Origin: a virus
Lineage: Duplodnaviria; Heunggongvirae; Uroviricota; Caudoviricetes
IMG/VR virus record: IMGVR_UViG_3300048813_000140
Span: 114,702-175,837 of that record
Reading direction: 5' to 3' (one strand)
DNA: 61,136 nucleotides
The notes beneath the pieces are model-generated. The model was given only the letters and a program-made list of their open reading frames with translations, had not been told where the DNA came from and did not search any database. Of this stretch, positions 54,050-61,136 are shown in pieces (position 1 is the first letter of the stretch; each line of letters opens with the position of its first letter). The position numbers were made by a program, and so were the translations under genes.

Positions 54050-55225
54050 CTAAGACAAGAATACAGATTCTGTATCGCTGTTATTTGTGCCAGCATCGTA
54101 GTAGATACCGGTAGCCGTTTCGCCCATTACCCCTATAAAAACAGTATTATGAATTCTGTTTGAATTTCCAGTAATATTGATACAATTTCCAGTACTTGAT
54201 GGAGGAATAGTGAACTGGCAATCATAAATAGTTGCGTAATTGTTTGGCATGTCAATCATGTCGCCGGAAGTATTGGCCGTGGTGAACCAAATCTCTTTTA
54301 ATTTCGAGTTTGTGGACATCGTAAGTTTGGCACCACTGTTTAGGGTGATTACCGTACCACCATATCGACCTATGAGCATCGCTCCGCTTGGAAGAGTATA
54401 GGGTGCGGTCCACGTCATTGACTGATTTATCACTATCAATCCACCACCAGCTACCGCCGTAAGGGCTGTCACGAATTCAGCTTCTGTCTCTGCAAATGCT
54501 GTAGGATAGTTTTGTATGCCTGCTGCGGGTCCTGCAAAAGTACATGATTCGCCATTAAGCATGACGAAGCCGTTTCTAAAATAAACGTATTGATTACCAC
54601 TTGCATCATCAATTCTTTTGGCTATCAAAAACACTTGCTCATTAGCACTAGAAACTGCCGGTAAGGCACTTCCAGCCGTAACCGTCGTTAAAACTACGCT
54701 ACCAAACGTAATAGATGCACCCGTAGTAGTTGCAGTCGCACTTTTAGACATCGTGACATTTGGATTAGTAAACGATACGACCGTGGTTCCCATGGGGATT
54801 CCAGGTCCAGAAATTGACAATCCAGATACGATTCCGGCCACAGATCCAGTTACCGTCAAATTGGTAGAACCATTGATGTTTCCAGAAGTCTGCAAAAGAG
54901 AACGATTTACGGTCGCATAGACCATATCGCCATTGTTTACGAAATTCATCGTGGCGTTGCCAAGATTTATGATAGTTGGGACAGTTCCGGCAATTCTTGA
55001 GTTAAACTGAAGAGTTAGTGGCTCGGTAAAACTTGCTGCAGTGCCGCTATAAGCTATAGTTCCACCATTGGCCAACAGAACGTTCCTGTCCTCGAACAGC
55101 TCGCCTATCAAAGGATCGGTAGCTATGAGAACAGTGTCCACGGTAGCATTAGCCGCAGTGCCCGCCATATTAAGAGCAGATCTAAGTACTGACTGTCGTA
55201 TGTCTAATTCTGATGGATTTCCCAT
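54050..55225 (-). CDS. tail-associated protein with C-terminal beta-helix-like repeats
   Basis: 391 aa T/G/S-rich; CINITGNSNRIHNTVF-type repeats. Confidence 0.6.
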   Translation of the reverse strand: MGNPSELDIRQSVLRSALNMAGTAANATVDTVLIATDPLIGELFEDRNVLLANGGTIAYSGTAASFTEPLTLQFNSRIAGTVPTIINLGNATMNFVNNGDMVYATVNRSLLQTSGNINGSTNLTVTGSVAGIVSGLSISGPGIPMGTTVVSFTNPNVTMSKSATATTTGASITFGSVVLTTVTAGSALPAVSSANEQVFLIAKRIDDASGNQYVYFRNGFVMLNGESCTFAGPAAGIQNYPTAFAETEAEFVTALTAVAGGGLIVINQSMTWTAPYTLPSGAMLIGRYGGTVITLNSGAKLTMSTNSKLKEIWFTTANTSGDMIDMPNNYATIYDCQFTIPPSSTGNCINITGNSNRIHNTVFIGVMGETATGIYYDAGTNNSDTESVFLS

Positions 55226-55241
55226 TTATTTCCTTAATTCT

Positions 55242-55249
55242 TTATATCA
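55242..55249 (-). promoter_or_regulatory. extended -10 element TGATATAA
   Basis: upstream of the AAGGA RBS of gene 54050..55225; no -35. Confidence 0.4.
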
Positions 55250-55250
55250 C

Positions 55251-55394
55251 TTAAACTATGATCCAGGTAGTACCTGAAATCCAATATGGTTTGGCCTGCT
55301 CTGTAGTAAGCCAAGCGTTAGTATCGTCTAACGAATTGAAACCACCCACAATAAAGGTAGTGCTATCTGGATATGTTAATGTTAATGTGACCAT
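55251..55394 (-). CDS. small hypothetical protein (47 aa), possible tail-fibre partner
   Basis: read manually: MVTLTLTYPDSTTFIVGGF...; AGGAG RBS. Confidence 0.6.
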   Translation of the reverse strand: MVTLTLTYPDSTTFIVGGFNSLDDTNAWLTTEQAKPYWISGTTWIIV

Positions 55395-55403
55395 ATAATT
55401 CTC

Positions 55404-55559
55404 CTAATTTCCTACTCTGGAAATTTGCACATAGTTATCCGAAGGCGAAGCGTACAGCGTTCCAGAAGATACTGTTGTTCTGACGTAAACATCTAGCGTG
55501 TCGCCTGCTACCATATTTATTAAAAATGGAAGCTGAATGTTGAAAGACTGATTGGCATA
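55404..55559 (-). pseudogene. orphan tail-fibre C-terminal remnant
   Basis: 51 open codons ..NMVAGDTLDVYVRTT..NYVQISRVGN* paralleling the preceding gene's end ..LAVGDTIRIYSQ..NYFSGVRN*; no in-frame start with RBS. Confidence 0.55.
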
Positions 55560-55566
55560 TTTTCCT

Positions 55567-58203
55567 TTATGCTCCTTTGTTTCTAACGCCAGAGAAGTAG
55601 TTGTAACCAGCCGTCGTCTCTAAAGCAGACGCTTGTGCATTATTTTGTGAATAGATCCTGATCGTATCCCCTACGGCTAATCCGTTTAATGTAATCGTGC
55701 CTTTTAATCTAGGATTCTGCCCGTTAGCAATCCCATATGTTTCGTCCAAAACGTATAATTGCGAGCCGTTCTTATAAATATACAAACTAAGTGGATTAGT
55801 ACCAGCCACATTATTCATCCGCACAGAGGTAGAGAACGTGTAGTCACCTGGTATCACGATAGTATATTGGTTGGAAGCGAAGCCGTTCTGAGTATCCGAA
55901 CCAACTACTCCCCACGAGACCTGAGCATTAGAGCCATTACCAGAGTTTTGTGCACTTGTGAATGTAACAAAAAACGATACGTTTACATCTAAGACTTCTA
56001 CTTTCCAATTAGAACCATCAGAAATAACCACTAATGAGTCGGTTTGAGTAGCCAATAATATTTTGCCAGATGCAAGACCGTCTATAGTTTGTGCCGAAGT
56101 AGTATTTATTGTTATAACACCAGTACCTGAGTTTTTTACCATTATGCGTTGGCCAGAAATACTAGCTGCAGTGGGAAGCGTAACGGTGAATGTACCAGAC
56201 GTACAATCTACTAAGTCATTCGCAACCGCGGAATAAGTACCTGTTTTAGCCGTATAATTGTAACTAGAAACAGGAGCCGCCCATGTTGGCAATGCACTTG
56301 CACCATTCGATGTTAATATTTGACCAGTAGTTCCAACTCCAGATACTTGCTGCATTGCGCCAGTGGAAGTTGTACCACCAGTCATCACAGCGTAAGGAGT
56401 CAATGAAGAATCACCAGTTCCACCGTTAGCTACAGCAACTACTCCAGTTACGTTTGTAGCCGTTCCTACAGCACCATTATTGTAATAAATCGTTACTTCA
56501 ATATAGCCTGCTGCACCTGCTCCACCAGCCAAACCGTTGGTTCCAGCCGTACCGCCGCTACCGCCAGTTCCTACAGCATAAGAATACGTAGCTGTTGGAT
56601 TACTGATTATCGCTTCTACATATCCGCCAGATCCGCCACCGCCACCAGCATACCACTGAGTCGCTGCAGAAGTTGATCCACCGCCGCCACCACCACCGCC
56701 ACCAGTATTAGATATTCCAGCAGTGCCAGTTTGATTCCAAGAGCTATTGCCGCTGCCGCCGAAAAAGCTATTCCCACCTGCTCCGCCATTAAGATCTGTG
56801 TTCGTCGTGTTGGTGGTCGCTGCGCCCTGCCCCTGTGCGCCAGTCAAAGCTGTTCCAATTGGTCCAGAACCGAGAGATGCAGTACCGCCTACACCACCAC
56901 CTTGGAGGCCGCTTCCTGATGACCACACTCCGCCTGAACCACCGTTTGCCGTTAGTGTACCAAACGTAGACGACGTGGAAGCTGTTGCAGAATTGCCATT
57001 TATGTTGGTAACCGATGCAGTTCCAGAACCGGACCCTCCGCCGCCACCACCGACCATTCTAACTTTGATGTATGATGCATTAGTAGGAGTAGTAAATGTT
57101 CCTGAGCCAGAAGTGAAAGTTTGAACGGTAGGTTGATATGCTCCACCATTGCCAGCTAAAGCGCCCATTCCATTAAAATAATATTCAGTTACTTCAATAT
57201 AACCTGCCGCGCCTGCTCCGCCAGCAAATCCATTAGCCCCAGCTCCACCAGCATTTCCGCCAGAACCCACAGTATAAGTGTAAGTTGCTGCTGGACCAAC
57301 AATAATAGCTTCAACGTATCCACCAGAGCCGCCTGAGCCACCAACTTGAGACGCACTGGCATTGTCAGTAGCTCCACCAGAACCGCCGCCGGAACCAGAA
57401 TTAGCTGTCGCAGCACTTCCTGCGGATTGATAATTTCCACTGCCGCCGCCTCCAAAATATCCACTGCCTCCTGAAACACCGGAAAATTGCCCGGTGCCCG
57501 TATTATAAGTGCCTCCTCCCATACCGGGGGTGCCGGTTAATGCTGTGCCAATAGGTCCAGTTCCTAAAGAAGAAGTTCCTCCGGCTCCTGGGGCTCCGTT
57601 AGTTTGTCCAGCTACTCCGAGACCTCCGCCTCCTGCTGATAATAGTGAAGTTCCAAAAGTTGAGGCAGTTCCGGCAGTAGCCGCTGTTCCGTTGGTAGTT
57701 CCACCGCCACCGCCACCGCCGCCACCGCCGACCATTCTTACTTTGATGTAAGCGACATTTGCTGGAGTTGTATATGTACCAGAACCAGAAGTAAATTTTT
57801 GAATTGTAGGACCAGGAGACCCAATTGCACCAGTTGTTGAAGAAAGAACTGCCCATGTACCTGCAGTCGTACCGTTTGTTTGTAAAATAACAAATATTGA
57901 TGTGTTGTGATTTATATTGCTGTAATTAGTTCCTGATGCATCGGTAAATGCGGTGCCACCGTTAAATTGTAGAGTTAACAACCCAGTAGATTGATTTATG
58001 ATTTCAAATTTTTGACCAACTGCCATATTTGTAGCGTTAGGCAAAATTACGGTTTGCCCTAGTGTGCCCGTAAAAACTTGGATTTGTTTTCCTAAAGTGG
58101 AGCCCGTAAAAACGGTCGTATTACCAACTAGAGTGGTTGTTCCACCCGTAGTTGCGGTAACATTGACTTGCTCTTTTATTCCACCCGATTGAAAAACTGC
58201 CAT
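55567..58203 (-). CDS. glycine-rich tail fibre protein with duplicated Gly-rich module
   Basis: 878 aa; two copies of PTxQxFTSGSGT.TTP...YIKVRMVGGGGGG...AAGYIEVT; C1q-like beta tip. Confidence 0.75.
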   Translation of the reverse strand: MAVFQSGGIKEQVNVTATTGGTTTLVGNTTVFTGSTLGKQIQVFTGTLGQTVILPNATNMAVGQKFEIINQSTGLLTLQFNGGTAFTDASGTNYSNINHNTSIFVILQTNGTTAGTWAVLSSTTGAIGSPGPTIQKFTSGSGTYTTPANVAYIKVRMVGGGGGGGGGGTTNGTAATAGTASTFGTSLLSAGGGGLGVAGQTNGAPGAGGTSSLGTGPIGTALTGTPGMGGGTYNTGTGQFSGVSGGSGYFGGGGSGNYQSAGSAATANSGSGGGSGGATDNASASQVGGSGGSGGYVEAIIVGPAATYTYTVGSGGNAGGAGANGFAGGAGAAGYIEVTEYYFNGMGALAGNGGAYQPTVQTFTSGSGTFTTPTNASYIKVRMVGGGGGGSGSGTASVTNINGNSATASTSSTFGTLTANGGSGGVWSSGSGLQGGGVGGTASLGSGPIGTALTGAQGQGAATTNTTNTDLNGGAGGNSFFGGSGNSSWNQTGTAGISNTGGGGGGGGGSTSAATQWYAGGGGGSGGYVEAIISNPTATYSYAVGTGGSGGTAGTNGLAGGAGAAGYIEVTIYYNNGAVGTATNVTGVVAVANGGTGDSSLTPYAVMTGGTTSTGAMQQVSGVGTTGQILTSNGASALPTWAAPVSSYNYTAKTGTYSAVANDLVDCTSGTFTVTLPTAASISGQRIMVKNSGTGVITINTTSAQTIDGLASGKILLATQTDSLVVISDGSNWKVEVLDVNVSFFVTFTSAQNSGNGSNAQVSWGVVGSDTQNGFASNQYTIVIPGDYTFSTSVRMNNVAGTNPLSLYIYKNGSQLYVLDETYGIANGQNPRLKGTITLNGLAVGDTIRIYSQNNAQASALETTAGYNYFSGVRNKGA

Positions 58204-58228
58204 TTATGACTCCTTGATTCTATACATA

Positions 58229-60610
58229 TTAATTATTCAACGTCGCATTCCACTGCAATACATAGTTTGCAGAGTCTGTTGGGGCGTTCCACCCCACGGT
58301 GAATCCAGTAGTTGATATAGCAGTTACGGTTACTGAGTAAAACTCTGGAGTCGTATCTACAGTGTTTGATATCGTGCAGGTAACAGCGTAATTTGTACTT
58401 GCCAATGCAGAACTAAAAGTGACGGCCTGAGTAACACTATCGGTGCTTAAGGCAGTTGATCCCGCCCTATATCCAGCGGCAGTTTGGACCGTAGTCCAAG
58501 TCATAGCCGTAGCTCCGCCAGCCTGTGATGTTAAAACTTGACCAGCCGTACCAGCCGTAGTAGGTAAATTGAAATTGTAAGTTCCTGCTGCGGCCTGCGG
58601 AGAAATGGTGATTGCGCCAGAGCTAGTTCCGTTTTGAACTATATTGCCCGTAAATACGTTGGAAGTAACGCTAGAATTACCAAATACCATTTGGTTATCT
58701 GCGGAAGTCGTTGCTCCACTTCCAATTGCTGTTCTGTTTATACTAACGGTATCGGCAGTTCCAGCCTGGAAACCTAAAAAGGTATTATCGTGGCCAGAAG
58801 TTAAGGCCTTACCAGTTTGATGGCCTATCAATGTATTATTTGTGCCAGTCATTACGCCAGTTCCGGCAGCTTGAAATCCAACGATTGTTGCTGTTGTAGC
58901 AGTAGCAGTCATCGACTGGCCTGCCTGATAGCCAACTGCTACGATGCCAGCGGTATTTGATGAACCTGAGCTAACCGCCAAAGAACCAATTATAACATTT
59001 TGAGCGCCAGTGGTTAAATTACCTCCTGTGCTATAGCCTAATAATGTATTGTCTGCACCAGAACTGATAGAACCGCCAGAGTTGTAACCAATACATGTAT
59101 TGTCAATGCCCGTCATTGCGACGCCACTACCGCCCGCTAAAGATCCAACAATTGTTGAGAAATTTGCGCTTGTAGACTTTAATCCTGCTTGATATCCTAT
59201 AAAAACGTTATCATGGCCTGCAAGTAATACACTTGCGGCTTGATATCCAACTGCCGTATTGTTTGCGCCGGTCATTGCGGCATTGCCGAAAGCTCCCGAT
59301 CCAACACCGGTAGCGAATGCTGCGGTGGTTATTTTAAGTCCAGCTTGGAAACCTATTAACGTACAATCAGTACCACTTAATGAGGTAGCATTTACTCCAG
59401 CAGCAGAAGCTCCAACGACTGTTGCATTTGCTGCCGCTGCTACGTTTTGACCAGCATTGAAACCAACGAAGACCGAATTTGAGCCAGTATACGTTGAATT
59501 TATTAACGTGCCAGAACCTATGGCTACTGTTTGATTTCCAGTAGTAGCCGATTGTCCAGATTGGAATCCAATTAAAACGTTATTGTTAGCAGTCGTTCCT
59601 GATTTACCTGCCTGAGCACCAACATACGTATTATTGATACCCGTAATAATGCCCACTCCGCCAGCCTGAGATCCAACAAACGTGCTAAAATTAGTAGTCG
59701 TTGCGGCTGATCCAGCTTCAAATCCTACAAACGTATTGTCGGTACCAGAAGTTACAGCAAATCCAGCTTCATACCCAAAAAAGCTATTGTCGGTGCCAGA
59801 TACGCCCGTACCGCCGCCACCTGCGCCAGCGCCTACGGCTGTCAAGAAAGTTACAGCAGTAGAGTTTAGACCAGCCTGAAAACCAATCAACGTGACATCG
59901 TGGCCTGAAGTTAAACTAAATCCAGACTTATAACCAACCAAAGTATTATCAACACCGGTCATTATTCCACTGCCGTTAGCTAGTGATCCAATTACCGTCG
60001 CAAATGTTGGAGTCGTAGCGTTCAGTCCAGCTTCGTATCCTATCAACGTGACATCGTAGCCCGAAGTTAAACTAAATCCAGACTTATAACCAACCAAAGT
60101 GTTATCGGCGCCTGTCATTATTCCACTGCCGTTAGCTAGTGATCCAATTACCGTCGCAAATGTTGGAGTCGTAGCGTTCAGTCCAGCCTGGAAACCTAAA
60201 AAGGTGTTATCGGTAGCGCCAGTAGTAAGGGCAGTTCCTGCACTTACGCCTATGACCGTATTGTCGGCACCCGTAAAACTTAAGGTAGTATTTGTACCAC
60301 CGTAAACGGAGGTATTTGAAGAAAGATATGTGAAACCGTTTGAGCCGCTTACGGCCTGCCATGTCGGGACAGCGCTTGAACTAACATAAGTAAGAACGTA
60401 GCCAGCTACCGCGCCAGAGGTAGACACGCTTTGTAGTGTACCCGTAGAGGTGGTTCCACCAAGTATGGGCATATAAGCAGTAAAAGAGCCTACTCCGGTA
60501 CCGCCATTTGGTACCGGTAAAATGCCTGTAACAGCGGTCCCTGAAGCTAAGTTCAAAGCGCCTGTTCTAGCTACACCATTTATCAGACTTAAACTATTGC
60601 TATTAGACAC
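58229..60610 (-). CDS. repeat-rich tail fibre/spike protein (DNTxxGxxAG repeats, autotransporter-head-like)
   Basis: 793 aa with many N/D-T-x-x-G-x-x-A-G repeats; GDSSL-like collar motif near N-terminus. Confidence 0.7.
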   Translation of the reverse strand: MSNSNSLSLINGVARTGALNLASGTAVTGILPVPNGGTGVGSFTAYMPILGGTTSTGTLQSVSTSGAVAGYVLTYVSSSAVPTWQAVSGSNGFTYLSSNTSVYGGTNTTLSFTGADNTVIGVSAGTALTTGATDNTFLGFQAGLNATTPTFATVIGSLANGSGIMTGADNTLVGYKSGFSLTSGYDVTLIGYEAGLNATTPTFATVIGSLANGSGIMTGVDNTLVGYKSGFSLTSGHDVTLIGFQAGLNSTAVTFLTAVGAGAGGGGTGVSGTDNSFFGYEAGFAVTSGTDNTFVGFEAGSAATTTNFSTFVGSQAGGVGIITGINNTYVGAQAGKSGTTANNNVLIGFQSGQSATTGNQTVAIGSGTLINSTYTGSNSVFVGFNAGQNVAAAANATVVGASAAGVNATSLSGTDCTLIGFQAGLKITTAAFATGVGSGAFGNAAMTGANNTAVGYQAASVLLAGHDNVFIGYQAGLKSTSANFSTIVGSLAGGSGVAMTGIDNTCIGYNSGGSISSGADNTLLGYSTGGNLTTGAQNVIIGSLAVSSGSSNTAGIVAVGYQAGQSMTATATTATIVGFQAAGTGVMTGTNNTLIGHQTGKALTSGHDNTFLGFQAGTADTVSINRTAIGSGATTSADNQMVFGNSSVTSNVFTGNIVQNGTSSGAITISPQAAAGTYNFNLPTTAGTAGQVLTSQAGGATAMTWTTVQTAAGYRAGSTALSTDSVTQAVTFSSALASTNYAVTCTISNTVDTTPEFYSVTVTAISTTGFTVGWNAPTDSANYVLQWNATLNN
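59886..60187. repeat. 156-bp (52-codon) near-identical tandem duplication
   Basis: ATCAACGTGACATCG at 59886 and 60042; GTCATTATTCCACTGCC at 59958 and 60114. Confidence 0.9.
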
Positions 60611-60646
60611 AATTCTTACCTTACATCAGTTTTTAGAGCTACTATC

Positions 60647-60654
60647 TTATATCA
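60647..60654 (-). promoter_or_regulatory. extended -10 element TGATATAA
   Basis: intergenic, upstream of gene 58229..60610. Confidence 0.4.
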
Positions 60655-60673
60655 TACTTACAACAAAATTATC

Positions 60674-61135
60674 TTAAGAAACGCCCATCATTGAGATTTG
60701 TATATAGAGAATGGTTGAAGTTTGTGCTTCTCCCAGTTTCATATTTGCATCACCGCTAGAAGGACTAAATGAGCTATAAGGCACAATAGCGCCTGCGCTA
60801 CCCAAGTAAACTGGTCTACCCTGATCAGATGAACCAAATGCCATATCGGACGTACCCAAAGTAAATGAACCCTGAGTTGTGATGGTTATGCTTGTGCCGG
60901 TAGAAGTGGAGCTTGTATTGTTGTACAATCCAACCGCCCAGAACAAATCAAATGATGCGGTGTTCCAATCGGCCAAATAAAGTTTTCCAGCAGTTTCACT
61001 GTTTGAAGGCATACCCCAACGCAGTGCATAAGTAGTGTTTGCCGCAAGAGTTGCTGCACCACCATAAATTGCGGTCAATTGTAGAGTGGGAGCTACTAAG
61101 TTTCCAGTTAAAGTTATATTGGTTGCAAGTGCTGT
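60674..61135 (-). CDS. 3' part of a virion/tail protein (truncated by window end)
   Basis: frame stays open from TTG 61078 to the window edge (TALATNITLTGNLVAPTLQLTAIYGG..). Confidence 0.65.
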   Translation of the reverse strand, partial: TALATNITLTGNLVAPTLQLTAIYGGAATLAANTTYALRWGMPSNSETAGKLYLADWNTASFDLFWAVGLYNNTSSTSTGTSITITTQGSFTLGTSDMAFGSSDQGRPVYLGSAGAIVPYSSFSPSSGDANMKLGEAQTSTILYIQISMMGVS

Positions 61136-61136
61136 T

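Noticed and set aside
56460-57810. Diversity-generating retroelement TR/VR pair in tail fibre repeats
   Set aside because: Differences between the copies are mostly synonymous and not adenine-specific; no reverse transcriptase in the window.
1-61136. CRISPR array, rRNA, integrase or IS element
   Set aside because: No regularly spaced repeats, rRNA-like sequence, or recombinase/transposase motifs were seen by eye.

Overview
Fragment of a large, AT-rich tailed dsDNA bacteriophage genome (Caudoviricetes; standard genetic code; host not determinable). There are four strand blocks. (+) 1-4.5 kb holds small early-type ORFs and an ATP-dependent DNA ligase. (-) 4.7-14.7 kb is a head/packaging module (head morphogenesis protein, portal, terminase large subunit, two HNH endonucleases) plus a GroEL-like chaperonin. 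(+) 15.1-51.1 kb is a transcription/replication/recombination block: SF2 helicase, sigma-70-like factor, GroES-like, SbcCD, RuvC, T5 A1-like nuclease, RNase H, DnaQ, DnaE, gp32-like SSB, RecA, DnaB, AEP primase, CYTH protein, PLP aminotransferase and two exported proteases. (-) 51.1-61.1 kb encodes glycine-rich and repeat-rich tail fibre-like proteins. Highlights: (1) three intergenic, densely base-paired RNA-like loci (about 200, 280 and 420 nt) that I cannot assign to a known family, one containing a tRNA-like acceptor/T-arm module and one lying directly upstream of a second sigma-like gene; (2) a possible bipartite sigma factor, with a sigma that stops just before region 4.2 and a separate ORF that is only a region-4.2-like HTH; (3) a fractured dnaE with a split intein and an intervening Vsr-like homing endonuclease; (4) promoters abutting start codons (probable leaderless mRNAs); (5) an orphan tail-fibre C-terminal remnant. 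All family calls come from motif recognition by eye and all RNA folds from manual complementarity checks; no database searches or folding programs were run.
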